A stretch of 64,000 nucleotides of DNA. Origin: Candidatus Bipolaricaulota bacterium. Its GTDB lineage: Bacteria; Bipolaricaulota; Bipolaricaulia; M55B111. The notes beneath the pieces are model-generated. The model was not told the origin of the DNA, did not search any database, and saw only the letters and a program-made list of their open reading frames with translations. This document shows positions 1 to 13,037 of the stretch, piece by piece. Position 1 is the first letter of the stretch; every line of letters begins with the position of its first letter. The DNA is taken from the NCBI GenBank assembly GCA_018400715.1, contig JAGYME010000004.1, positions 11,468 to 75,467 on the forward strand, in the 5' to 3' direction. Both the position numbers and the translations under genes were made by a program.

Positions 1-27
1 AACAAAAACAAACGCTGTTTGGTGTTT

Positions 28-90
28 TTGACTGCGGACTACGGACGGCGGACTAAAAACCGCGAACTGAGAACTGAGAACTGGGACTTC
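28..90 (+). repeat. Degenerate 7-bp tandem repeat array
   Basis: Phased units ttgactg cggacta cggacgg cggacta aaaaccg cgaactg agaactg agaactg ggacttc; GACT(A/G)AAAACCGCGAACT is shared with 18408-18425. Confidence 0.8.
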
Positions 91-102
91 TTGGACTCAA
101 AG

Positions 103-132
103 TTGAATACACTCGAGTGCGTTAGCTATAAT
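103..132 (+). promoter_or_regulatory. Putative sigma70 promoter
   Basis: TTGAAT (103-108), 18-bp spacer, TATAAT (127-132); ATG at 142 with no SD. Confidence 0.55.
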
Positions 133-141
133 TACTCCGTT

Positions 142-678
142 ATGGAAGATAATTACGTTCGTCTGGCCAAGCTGGCTGTTAGGAGGGCCGTAACGGGGGG
201 AGAGATCGACGAGGATCAGCTGGAAGCAATCAGCGAGGGACTCCCGGAGACGCCCCGAGGAGTGTTCGTGACGCTTAAGAAGGGTGGCACCTTACGTGGG
301 TGCATAGGAACATATCTTCCATCGACCGATTCGCTGGTCGAAGAAATCCTTAAGAACGGATCCTCCGCAGCGCTTGACGACCCGCGGTTTCCACAGGTAA
401 CTCCCGACGAACTGGATGACCTTTCGATTTCAGTTGACGTGCTGAGTGAGCCGGAGGAGTGCACGGAGGACGATTTAGATCCCGACCGGTATGGGATCTT
501 GTTGAAAAAGGGGACCAGGTCGGGCCTGCTTCTACCTGATCTAGACGGGGTAGAAACCGCAGAGGAGCAGATAGACATCACGAAGAGAAAGGCTGGTATT
601 CCTCCGGATGACGAGAACTTTACTATAAAGCGCTTTACCGTTAAGCGTCACGGGGGAGAAGAACCGGTGGGAAAATAG
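142..678 (+). CDS. AMMECR1-domain protein (AmmeMemoRadiSam system protein A)
   Basis: RGVFVTL..LRGCIGT, AALDDPRFPQV, GLLLPD motifs; start moved to ATG 142 because ORF codons 19-141 overlap the repeat and promoter. Confidence 0.9.
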   Translation: MEDNYVRLAKLAVRRAVTGGEIDEDQLEAISEGLPETPRGVFVTLKKGGTLRGCIGTYLPSTDSLVEEILKNGSSAALDDPRFPQVTPDELDDLSISVDVLSEPEECTEDDLDPDRYGILLKKGTRSGLLLPDLDGVETAEEQIDITKRKAGIPPDDENFTIKRFTVKRHGGEEPVGK

Positions 679-739
679 CGGACGTACCTGTGGTCCATCC
701 AACCAGCTATGAACTTACCATTCCGGAACCACCTTTGTT

Positions 740-2041
740 ATGACTTCTTATAGAGTTGCATTCTATACACTTGGGTGTCGGGCAAACCAATATGATACCG
801 AGATGATGAAGGAGCAAATAAGGAATAGCTCCAGGTTTGAGATAGTCCCCTTTTCGGCTGACTCCGATCTTTACGTAATTAATACCTGTAGCGTTACGAA
901 CGGCGCTGACAGGAAGTCCAGACAATATATCCGCCGCGCCGCCCGCTACGGGGGCGTCGTGTTGGTGACGGGATGCTACGTCACCCTTGACGAGGACGAG
1001 ATTCGAAAAATAGATGGCGTAGACGTGATTTTTTCCAATGGCTACAAGGGGAACTTTGCCGCTGTCCTGGAGATGGCGCTATCTGGGTTCAGCGGGACTC
1101 TCCAAGAGGGTGATCTCCTCGATTGGAAGCTGGATTCGGAGCGTGTGTCGGTGGATTCCGCCCATACACGGGCCTTTCTAAAAGTGCAGGACGGTTGCAG
1201 CCAGGAGTGCAGTTACTGTAAGGTAAGGTTTCTCCGGGGACCGACCCGGAGTAAAAACCTTGAGGGAGTCGTCCAGGAGGCTAGAGGGATTGCTGAAAAC
1301 GGTTTTAAAGAACTAGTTTTAATCGGAATCAACCTGGCAGAATACGGCTCAGAGGGAACCAAGCTGCCGGAGCTGGTGTCGCGGCTTGAAGAACTCGAAA
1401 AGGTTAGGAGGATTAGGTTGAGTTCGATAAACCCCCAGGGGATAAGTCGAGATCTGGTAGAAGTATTCGCTTCTTCCGACAAAACTTGCCCTCACTTCCA
1501 CATACCTCTACAATCGGGTTCGGATAGAATTCTGGAAAGGATGGCAAGAGGTTATACCGTCGATTACTATTTGCAAAAAGTCTCTTTACTGGAGGACCAA
1601 CTCGACCGGGTGACCTTGGGAACGGATATCATGGTCGGCTTTCCTGGCGAGAAGGAAGAGGACGTAAGAATGACGAGAAAGGTAATAGAACGGGTTGGCT
1701 ACATTAACACTCACGTGTTTCGCTATTCACCGAGAGATCATACGCCCGCTGTAAGGTATGGAGGAAAGGTGAACGCTTCGGTCAAGAAGGAGAGGTCGGC
1801 CAGTTTGAGGAAACTTGTTTCATCTATTAGCTTAAGTAAAAGAAAAGAGTTCGTGGGGGAGAGTATGGAGATGATCCTCGAAGAAAGAAGCAATAAAGTA
1901 GACGGCTGGCGCGGCTATTCTAAGAACTACATGGATCTCCATCTACAAGCAGACGGGAACCGGAAAAATTTTTCTCCCGGTGATCTGGTTGAAGTGAACG
2001 TTAAGGAAGTAAGAAATGATTACTGCGTTGCCGAACTTTAA
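740..2041 (+). CDS. mtaB: tRNA t6A37 methylthiotransferase
   Basis: TLGCRANQYDT, INTCSVT..ADRKSRQ, radical SAM CSQECSYC, HFHIPLQSGSD, C-terminal TRAM-like region. Confidence 0.88.
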   Translation: MTSYRVAFYTLGCRANQYDTEMMKEQIRNSSRFEIVPFSADSDLYVINTCSVTNGADRKSRQYIRRAARYGGVVLVTGCYVTLDEDEIRKIDGVDVIFSNGYKGNFAAVLEMALSGFSGTLQEGDLLDWKLDSERVSVDSAHTRAFLKVQDGCSQECSYCKVRFLRGPTRSKNLEGVVQEARGIAENGFKELVLIGINLAEYGSEGTKLPELVSRLEELEKVRRIRLSSINPQGISRDLVEVFASSDKTCPHFHIPLQSGSDRILERMARGYTVDYYLQKVSLLEDQLDRVTLGTDIMVGFPGEKEEDVRMTRKVIERVGYINTHVFRYSPRDHTPAVRYGGKVNASVKKERSASLRKLVSSISLSKRKEFVGESMEMILEERSNKVDGWRGYSKNYMDLHLQADGNRKNFSPGDLVEVNVKEVRNDYCVAEL

Positions 2042-2118
2042 GACCCCCCTTCGGCAAGAAGTGGATAAATTTTTGATCTGTCGGGATAAAGACCTTCGGA
2101 ATTAAGGAGTGATAGCTA

Positions 2119-3070
2119 ATTAGCAACGATGGAAAAGAGCGCACGATAACGAGGGAGATCACGTTACGGGATCATGAACAGGCCGTCGTGTTGTTAGGAC
2201 AGTACAACAAGAACCTGAACTATATCCAGGAGAACTTTGACGCGAGAATAATTGTCAGGGACGGGATAATCAAGATAGAGGGGGCTAAGAATGAGGTAGA
2301 GGCGGTCCGCTCGCTGTTCGACGAACTCCTAAATATGATTGAGGACGGTCAGTCCCCACAACTAGACGAGGTGAAAAGTTTAACGGAGATGATCAAATCC
2401 GGCGAAGGTGCTGAACTCGACGGCGTGCTGTCCGACGTCATTCAGACGACATATTGGGGCAAACAGATAAAGCCCAAGTCGCTGAACCAAAAGCGGTACG
2501 TGGAATCGATCAGGGAAAAGGACATCGTCTTTTGTATCGGACCCGCCGGAACGGGAAAGACTTACCTGGCCGTGGCCATGGGCGTAGAATATCTGAAGAA
2601 GGGAAAGGTGAAAAGGATTATCCTGACCAGGCCGGCCGTGGAGGCAGGGGAGGAACTGGGTTTTCTTCCCGGCGATATGCAAGCCAAGGTAAATCCATAC
2701 CTGCGGCCGCTCTACGACGCGATTTACGACATGATGCCCGGAGAGGAGTTCGAGCGGCTAAAGGAGGAGGGTCGGATAGAGATCGCCCCCCTGGCGTTTA
2801 TGAGGGGCCGTACGTTGAACAGTTCTTTCGTTATACTGGACGAGGCACAGAACACGACGTCGACGCAGTTAAAGATGTTTCTCACGAGACTGGGTTTTGA
2901 TTCCAAGGCGATAATTACCGGGGATATCACCCAGATAGACCTGAAGCGTGATGACTCGGGGCTGAGTCATGACAGGAAGTTTTTGGAAAAGATACCCGGA
3001 ATAGATTTTATCTACCTGGAGAAGACCGACGTCGTCCGCCACGATTTGGTAAAAAAGATCATCGAGGCTT

Positions 3071-3096
<26 letters not shown>
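2119..3096 (+). CDS. phoH: PhoH family ATPase (probable ATT start)
   Basis: GPAGTGKT, RIILTRPAVEAGEELGFLPGD, MRGRTL, DEAQN; frame open back to ATT 2119, 9 nt after AAGGAG. Confidence 0.92.
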
Positions 3097-6563
<3,467 letters not shown>

Positions 6564-6668
6564 GGTCGGCCCACGTCTCCTTTACGCTAGCTGGGACGTG
6601 GCGAGGGATCTACTGCGCTATGTCGGTCCTGATATATTCTTTCGACGGATTTGTTGGAGAGGGGAGAA

Positions 6669-7448
6669 ATGAGTTTACATAAGTCGATCGAAGTTCTTCG
6701 ATGGCATAAAGGTTCGGTAAGAAAAGTAGCAGACGAGGTTGTTAAGGAGTCGAAGCTGGAGGTCTACCTAAACGGGGTACACCTAGTCAGCCTTGCATGT
6801 TCGCCTGCCTTCAGGAGTGAACTGGCCGTCGGCTACCTGTTGACAGAAGGATATCTCTCTTCCCGAGAAGAACTAGGGCGGGTTAGTGTGAGTCGGGAGG
6901 ACGGAGTTGTGGAGATAACCGCGGAGGTAACGGAGTGCGTTGATCCCGATTCTGAAAAACGGCCAAAGCTAATCGCGGCGGGTGGAGGCCTTGGGAAAAA
7001 CTGGTGCCGGGAGGAATTAGAAGGCTTTCAGGAGAGTAATCCATTCAAATTTCGCCCTGAGAGACTGGAAGGGATGATGCAAGAGCTACAGGAGGAATCC
7101 AAGTTATTCCGAGAAACAGGCGGGTCTCACGCGGCGGCCCTGGCCGATCCGGAAGGAATAGAGTTTTTTGCGGAAGACATCGGCCGACATAATACACTCG
7201 ACAAACTCGTGGGGAGGGCCTTTCTCGAAAGAATTGGGGCAAACGACAAGGCAATTCTCCTTAGCGGTCGCCTCTCATCGGAGATGACGGTGAAGGCGGT
7301 TAACTCGAGGATCGCCGTTTTAGTATCGCGCTCCGCCCCGACCGACGAAGCGGTTAAGGTCGCCAGGGACAACCACCTGACACTTATTGGCTTTTTGCGG
7401 GACGGGAGGATGACGGTCTATTCAGGCGAGGATAGGGTGATTCGTTAA
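6669..7448 (+). CDS. fdhD: Formate dehydrogenase accessory sulfurtransferase family protein
   Basis: ELAVGYLLTEG, TGGSHAAAL, EDIGRHNTLDK, SGRLSSEM, SRSAPT. Confidence 0.9.
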   Translation: MSLHKSIEVLRWHKGSVRKVADEVVKESKLEVYLNGVHLVSLACSPAFRSELAVGYLLTEGYLSSREELGRVSVSREDGVVEITAEVTECVDPDSEKRPKLIAAGGGLGKNWCREELEGFQESNPFKFRPERLEGMMQELQEESKLFRETGGSHAAALADPEGIEFFAEDIGRHNTLDKLVGRAFLERIGANDKAILLSGRLSSEMTVKAVNSRIAVLVSRSAPTDEAVKVARDNHLTLIGFLRDGRMTVYSGEDRVIR

Positions 7449-7592
7449 CGGTTAAAGGGAAAGGCGTCCCCGCCCCTGGCTTGTAATCACCTTTGCCTTC
7501 TACTAAAATCTGGACGTTAAAATACCTACCTGATTTACAACTATGGACCCTTGTGTAAATTCTGGTTAATTGGAGAAAATGGAGAGTTTTTG

Positions 7593-9611
7593 ATGAAAAC
7601 CGAGTTAGACCGTAAGAAAAAAGAAAGAGTGTTGGTGTGTAGCGCCTGGCCGTACGCGTCAGGTGTGCCACACCTGGGCAATATCCAGACATCCCTGCTG
7701 TCTGGTGGAGTTTTTTCACGGTATTACCGACTGCAGGGGTATCCCGTTCTGCACGTCTCTGGGTCGGATGCTCACGGGACTCGGATTGAATACGAGGCGG
7801 AAAAACGGGAGATCGAGCCCCGGGAACTGGCAGTTGAAACTCACGAGAAGATAGTTGACATAATCGAGAGTTTCGATATCGACATCGATAACTATACGAT
7901 CACGACTAACCCCACCCATAAGGAATTCGTCCGCGAGATCTATCGACAGATGGACGACAACGGCTATATCTTTGAGAGATCGGAGGAACGGGCTTACTGT
8001 CATGACTGTGAGAGGTTTTTGGCCGACAGGTTTATCGAAGGGACGTGCCCGAATTGCGGGGCGGAAGAGGCACATGGCAATCAGTGTGATAGCTGTGGAG
8101 AACTCCTGGAACCGGAAGAGTTAATTGAGCCCCACTGCGCAATGTGCGGCGGGACTAATATTGAATTCAAGTCTACCAACCACTGGTACCTTGATCTCGA
8201 AAAGCTTCAACCCCAGTTGGAGAAATACGTCGAGAGTCACTTCGACGAGTGGCAGGACAACGTAAAACGGTTTACGGGGAGGATGCTAGAGGATGGACTC
8301 GAACCAAGAGCGATTACCAGAGACATCGAGTGGGGAATTAAGGCCCCATTTAATGGTGCGGACGACAAGGTGATCTACGTGTGGGCAGAAGCCGCTCTTG
8401 GATACGTATCAGCTACTATTGAGTACTTCAAGAAAGAAGGGGGCGTTTCTCCCTGGAAGGACTACTGGTTCGATCCAGGCACGCATCAAATTTATACTCA
8501 CGCCAAGGACAACATCCCCTTCCACACGCTGTTGTTCCCCGGCCAACTTCTGGGGTCGGGTCAGGGCTATCACCTTCCCGATCAGATAAGTGCTGGTGAG
8601 TATCTGAATTGGGTGGGAGGAAAGACGTTCTCCAAGAGCAAGGGAGTCGGGTTGTTTGCCGATGACGCGGCTGATATCATGGACCCAGTTTTCTGGCGGT
8701 TTTATCTCCTGTACAGTCGGCCGGAAAAGAAGGATGTAGAGTTTTCCTGGAAAGAGCTGGACAAGACGGTCAATAACATATTCATAGATAACGTTAGCAA
8801 CTTCATCAACCGCGTGACTTCGTTTGCTCATTCGAAGTTCGACGGCTCTATTCCCGATGGGGAAATCGAAGACGAAGTGAAAACAAGAGTAAGGGCGGTT
8901 GTCGACAACCTTGAAGAACTGTTCGAGTCTGGGAGCCTTTCGGGGGCGCTGCGAGAGATATGCGAACTGGGAAATTATGGGAACAAGTACTTTCAGAGAA
9001 AGAGGCCCTGGGATAACCTGAACGAGGACGTAGTCCTTTCCAGTTTATACGCGGCGAAGGCGCTGGGAATTATGCTGAGCCCATTCGTCCCGTCCTTTTC
9101 TCAGGACGTTTATCGGATATTTGGCGTGACCGATCCCACCTGGGATTCTATTTTCGAGGTCCCTTCGGGAACACTCAAGGAACCTCAACCGCTGTTGAAT
9201 AAGCAGGATGTCGACGAGATAAGAGACAAATATGAGGAGATAACAAGAGAACGAGCGAAAAAAACTGAGGAGGAAACCCATATGAGCACGGCGAAGGTAA
9301 GCTTTGACGATTTTTCCGCGATGGATATACGGGTTGGCAAAGTGGCGGAGGTCGAGAAGATGCCATCCGCCGACAGGCTGTACAAACTTCAGGTCGACGT
9401 AGGTGGGGGAGAACTGCAGACGATCTCCGGTTTGAAAAAACATTATTCAATTGAGGAACTCCAGGATAAACGGGTAATAGTCCTGACGAACCTCGAGCCG
9501 GCGACGATCCACGGTGAAAGATCTGAATGCATGCTCCTCGCTGCCGAGGGAGAATCGCTTTCTTTGCTGACGACCGACAAGGAAATCGGCCCTGGCGCGA
9601 GTATCGCCTAA
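7593..9611 (+). CDS. metG: Methionine--tRNA ligase (two Zn knuckles, C-terminal tRNA-binding domain)
   Basis: PYASGVPHLGN, SGSDAHGT, CHDC/CPNC/CDSC/CAMC, FSKS, C-terminal DIRVGKV..NLEP. Confidence 0.97.
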   Translation: MKTELDRKKKERVLVCSAWPYASGVPHLGNIQTSLLSGGVFSRYYRLQGYPVLHVSGSDAHGTRIEYEAEKREIEPRELAVETHEKIVDIIESFDIDIDNYTITTNPTHKEFVREIYRQMDDNGYIFERSEERAYCHDCERFLADRFIEGTCPNCGAEEAHGNQCDSCGELLEPEELIEPHCAMCGGTNIEFKSTNHWYLDLEKLQPQLEKYVESHFDEWQDNVKRFTGRMLEDGLEPRAITRDIEWGIKAPFNGADDKVIYVWAEAALGYVSATIEYFKKEGGVSPWKDYWFDPGTHQIYTHAKDNIPFHTLLFPGQLLGSGQGYHLPDQISAGEYLNWVGGKTFSKSKGVGLFADDAADIMDPVFWRFYLLYSRPEKKDVEFSWKELDKTVNNIFIDNVSNFINRVTSFAHSKFDGSIPDGEIEDEVKTRVRAVVDNLEELFESGSLSGALREICELGNYGNKYFQRKRPWDNLNEDVVLSSLYAAKALGIMLSPFVPSFSQDVYRIFGVTDPTWDSIFEVPSGTLKEPQPLLNKQDVDEIRDKYEEITRERAKKTEEETHMSTAKVSFDDFSAMDIRVGKVAEVEKMPSADRLYKLQVDVGGGELQTISGLKKHYSIEELQDKRVIVLTNLEPATIHGERSECMLLAAEGESLSLLTTDKEIGPGASIA

Positions 9612-9680
9612 GGACCATTAATAGAAGTTAACGGCTTGAAAATTAGTATAAAAGTAAATTAATATCTTGTGGAGGAAATA

Positions 9681-9995
9681 ATGTACGCAATTATAAAAAC
9701 TGGCGGTAAACAGTACCGAGTTGAGCCAGAAGTTGAGATAAAGATCGAAAAGTTAACTGGAAAGGACGTTGGGGAAGACGTGGCCTTCGATCGCGTTTTG
9801 ATGGTTAAGGACGACGAGGGTCTTGCGGTAGGGCGGCCCTTTGTTGAGGACGCGGTCGTCTCTGGTGAGATAGTCGAAAGCGCGCGCGATGACAAGGTTA
9901 CAGTATTTAAGTACAAGAAAAGAAAAGGGCAGAGGCAGAAGATCGGTCATCGACAGCCCTACATGAAAGTAAAGATTAACGACATAGATTACTAG
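9681..9995 (+). CDS. rplU: 50S ribosomal protein L21
   Basis: MYAIIKTGGKQYRV...GHRQPY. Confidence 0.98.
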   Translation: MYAIIKTGGKQYRVEPEVEIKIEKLTGKDVGEDVAFDRVLMVKDDEGLAVGRPFVEDAVVSGEIVESARDDKVTVFKYKKRKGQRQKIGHRQPYMKVKINDIDY

Positions 9996-10020
9996 TTTAC
10001 GACTGAGGAGGTAAGAAGAG

Positions 10021-10272
10021 ATGGCTCATAAAGTAAGTAGTGGTTCTACGCAGAACGTTCACGATACCGCGGGTAAACGCCTCGGCGTGAAAAAGTTTGG
10101 GAGCGAATGGGTGGAACCGGGCAACATAATTGTCAGGCAGAGAGGAACAAAGTTTAGGCCTGGAAGGAATGTTGGAATGGGAAGGGACCACACGATTTTT
10201 GCCAAGAAAGCCGGATACGTGAAGTTTGAAGGATCAGGCGAAAAGTATATTAGCGTTGTATTACCTTCGTAA
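10021..10272 (+). CDS. rpmA: 50S ribosomal protein L27
   Basis: [32 protein letters not shown]; no N-terminal extension and no prp gene upstream. Confidence 0.98.
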   Translation: MAHKVSSGSTQNVHDTAGKRLGVKKFGSEWVEPGNIIVRQRGTKFRPGRNVGMGRDHTIFAKKAGYVKFEGSGEKYISVVLPS

Positions 10273-10322
10273 ATTAGCATTCCACCAACAGAACTTTCCT
10301 GTGAACCACTTCGTGAGAATAT

Positions 10323-11615
10323 ATGTTTATCGATGAAGCGACGATCACGGTTAGAGCTGGCGACGGTGGGGACGGGAAAATTAGCTTCAAGAGGGGTTTC
10401 GGCCAGAGGCATGGAGGTCCAGACGGTGGAAACGGTGGAGAGGGAGGCGATATATACCTCCAGGCCGATAGAAGCGTAAACACCCTGATGAAGTTCGACA
10501 ACAAGAACACCTTCGTGGCTGACTCGGGTCAGGGAGGAGGCAGTCAGAACAGAACGGGAAAATCTGCAGACGACATGCGGGTTAACGTCCCGGTTGGTAC
10601 GATGGTTTTTGACGGGGAGACGGGCGAGAAACTGGCTGATTTTACGGACGAAGGCGAAAGTTATTTAGTTGTCAGAGGTGGAAGCGGTGGCCATGGGAAC
10701 GCGGCGTTTGCCTCGCCTAGTTACACTGCTCCACAATTACGAGAGGTAGGAGAGAGGGGCGAAGAAAGATATCTACGGCTAGAGTTGAAGCTGCTGGCGG
10801 ACGTGGGGATCGTTGGCTTTCCGAACGTTGGTAAGTCCAGCCTAATCGCCAGGATCAGTTCGCAGAAGCCGAAGATCGGAAACTACCACTTTACGACTAT
10901 GGACCCGCATCCAGGCGTGGTAGAAGTTGGTGACTGGGACAGTTTTATTGCCGTGGATATACCCGGTTTAATTGAAGGAGCCCACGAGGGACGCGGGCTG
11001 GGGGACAAGTTTTTAAAGCACCTCGGACGGACGAAGACCCTTATTCACATGGTAGACATATCTGGCATAGAGGGGCGTGACCCTCTAGAAGATTGGAAGA
11101 CGTTGCGAAGGGAGATGACGAAGTACGATAGCTCCTTGGGGAAACTACCCGAGATAGTTGCCGGGAACAAGACGGACTTAGTCGATGAAGAGACGGTAGA
11201 AAAGCAAGTAACCAGGTTTTCTGACGAGGGTCTGAAACTTTATCCAGTCTCTGTGGCTACTGGTGAAGGGGTTGATGAGCTCGTTAACGTAACGTACGAG
11301 CGAGTTCAGCAGTCACGGGAAGTGGCAGAGGGGGAACAAGCCAAACAAGGTAGCGCGGAGGAAGACAATTACAGGATTTATCGGTTTACCGGCGAAAGGG
11401 GGTTCAGAGTAATACAGGAAGGAGATACGTTTGTCGTTGAGGGGAAAGAGGTCGAAAAGCTGGCGGAGAAGTTGGACTTTTCGACCGTGGACGCGCTGGA
11501 CTACTTTCACAGGAAACTGGAGGATAAAGGAGTAATCAAGAAGTTAAAGTCCAATGGCGCGACCGATGGCAGCATTATCAAGATAGGAGGACAGGAATTT
11601 GAGCTCGTCACGTAG
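10323..11615 (+). CDS. obgE: GTPase ObgE with C-terminal OCT domain
   Basis: FIDEA..GGPDGGNGG, ADVGIVGFPNVGKS, YHFTT, DIPGLIEGAH, NKTD. Confidence 0.98.
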   Translation: MFIDEATITVRAGDGGDGKISFKRGFGQRHGGPDGGNGGEGGDIYLQADRSVNTLMKFDNKNTFVADSGQGGGSQNRTGKSADDMRVNVPVGTMVFDGETGEKLADFTDEGESYLVVRGGSGGHGNAAFASPSYTAPQLREVGERGEERYLRLELKLLADVGIVGFPNVGKSSLIARISSQKPKIGNYHFTTMDPHPGVVEVGDWDSFIAVDIPGLIEGAHEGRGLGDKFLKHLGRTKTLIHMVDISGIEGRDPLEDWKTLRREMTKYDSSLGKLPEIVAGNKTDLVDEETVEKQVTRFSDEGLKLYPVSVATGEGVDELVNVTYERVQQSREVAEGEQAKQGSAEEDNYRIYRFTGERGFRVIQEGDTFVVEGKEVEKLAEKLDFSTVDALDYFHRKLEDKGVIKKLKSNGATDGSIIKIGGQEFELVT

Positions 11616-12207
11616 AGTGGGGTTATTTGGCGGCACCTTCGATCCGATCCATAACGCTCACCTGGAAGTGGCTGAAAACGCCATTGAACAGTTAGATCTG
11701 GATAAAGTGATTTTAATTCCGTCCAAAAACCCACCACACAAGAACAACCGAAGTATCCTTGACACGGACCTCCGATACGAGATGGTCAGGTTAGCGGTAG
11801 AGGAATACGAAGAACTCGGAGTATCAAGGGTTGAGATTGAGAGAGAAGGCCCTTCTTACACCGTAGATACAATTAGAAAAATGAAGGAAGATCTGCCGAA
11901 GATCGTCTTCATCGTGGGGGCGGACAACTTGATCAACATCGATACCTGGAAGCAGCCAGAGGAGTTATTGAACAGTTGCCCCTTCGTCATCGCCCCGCGC
12001 GGTGGTTATAGTCAGTCCGACTTCCAGGGAGAAATATTCGAAGGCAAGGACTTAAGGTTTCTGGATATGGATGAAATATCTATATCCTCGACAGAAATTA
12101 GGGAGAGGGTTATGGACGGGAGACCCATTGGAGAAATGGTTCCTCCGGTCGTGTTGGATTTTATCATGCAGAAAGGTTTGTATAAAGCAGTACCTGAAGG
12201 CGTCTAG
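11599..12207 (+). CDS. nadD: Nicotinate-nucleotide adenylyltransferase
   Basis: GLFGGTFDPIHNAH, SYTVDT, FIVGAD, ISSTEIR. Confidence 0.95.
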   Translation: MSSSRRVGLFGGTFDPIHNAHLEVAENAIEQLDLDKVILIPSKNPPHKNNRSILDTDLRYEMVRLAVEEYEELGVSRVEIEREGPSYTVDTIRKMKEDLPKIVFIVGADNLINIDTWKQPEELLNSCPFVIAPRGGYSQSDFQGEIFEGKDLRFLDMDEISISSTEIRERVMDGRPIGEMVPPVVLDFIMQKGLYKAVPEGV

Positions 12208-12239
12208 AGTTTTGAACCCTATAACAAGGAGGGAAAAAA

Positions 12240-12743
12240 ATCTCGAACGAAACTAGAGTAAACCACGAGATTAGGGCAAGAGAAGTAAGAGTGATAGATA
12301 ACGAGGGAGAGCAAGTTGGAGTAATGAGCCTGGAAGATGCCTTGAAAGAGGCTGAGGACCGCGACCTAGATCTTGTTGAAGTGGCACCGGATGCTGACCC
12401 GGTAGTCGCTAAGATATTGGACTACGGAAAGTACAAATATCAGCAGAAAAAGAAGAAGCAAAACCAGCAGAAAAAGAAGAAACTCAAGACGATTAAGTTC
12501 TCGATTAAGATCGAGGAACATGATTTTAACACCAAGGTAGGCCACATAAAGAGGTTTCTTAAGAAAGGTCACAAGGTACGGGCGACCGTCTTTTTCCGCG
12601 GCAGGGAGAAGGCGCATAAGGACAAGGGTTTTGACCTGTTGAATAAGATCAAAGAGGAAACGAGCGACGTTGGGGACGTTGACCAGAAGCCAACGCTGAA
12701 GGGTCAAGTCGTCCAAATGTTGCTTAAACCGGGAGGAGATTAA
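12240..12743 (+). CDS. infC: Translation initiation factor IF-3 (ATC start)
   Basis: SD AAGGAGG at 12226-12232, ATC at 12240, then SNETRVNHEIRAREVRVID...LDLVEVAP...KILDYGKYKY. Confidence 0.96.
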   Translation: MSNETRVNHEIRAREVRVIDNEGEQVGVMSLEDALKEAEDRDLDLVEVAPDADPVVAKILDYGKYKYQQKKKKQNQQKKKKLKTIKFSIKIEEHDFNTKVGHIKRFLKKGHKVRATVFFRGREKAHKDKGFDLLNKIKEETSDVGDVDQKPTLKGQVVQMLLKPGGD

Positions 12744-12744
12744 T

Positions 12745-12939
12745 ATGCCAAAGAAGAAGACTCATAAGGGAATTGCCAAGCGCTTCAAGAAGTCTAAAAA
12801 CGGAAAGTTGACACATAAGAAGTCCGGTTACGTCCACAAGCAGACTAAGAAGTCGCCGGCCAACAAGAGAAAGGCGAGAAAGGACAAGGAAGTTACTGGA
12901 GGGCAGAAGGAAAACCTGGAGAAACTTCTGTCCTCTTAA
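12745..12939 (+). CDS. rpmI: 50S ribosomal protein L35
   Basis: MPKKKTHKGIAKRFK; infC-rpmI-rplT order. Confidence 0.96.
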   Translation: MPKKKTHKGIAKRFKKSKNGKLTHKKSGYVHKQTKKSPANKRKARKDKEVTGGQKENLEKLLSS

Positions 12940-13037
12940 GAAGTAAATAATTTACGATTTAGTCAAGTTTCTTTCAGGAATTTCTAGGGTAGTTTTTAAC
13001 GACAGAGGAACTAGTACAACTTAGGTGGGAGGTAAAT

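Noticed and set aside
6564-6668. Moco/Wco riboswitch before fdhD
   Set aside because: Region is short; one hairpin (CCACGTC/GACGTGG) fits a ligA terminator just as well
7449-7592. T-box or SAM riboswitch before metG
   Set aside because: No T-box or S-box consensus recognised; only weak inverted repeats
12940-13037. L20 leader or Zur box in the rpmI-rplT gap
   Set aside because: Only a 6-1-6 AT-rich palindrome (GTAAAT-A-ATTTAC) and a half-site; not above chance
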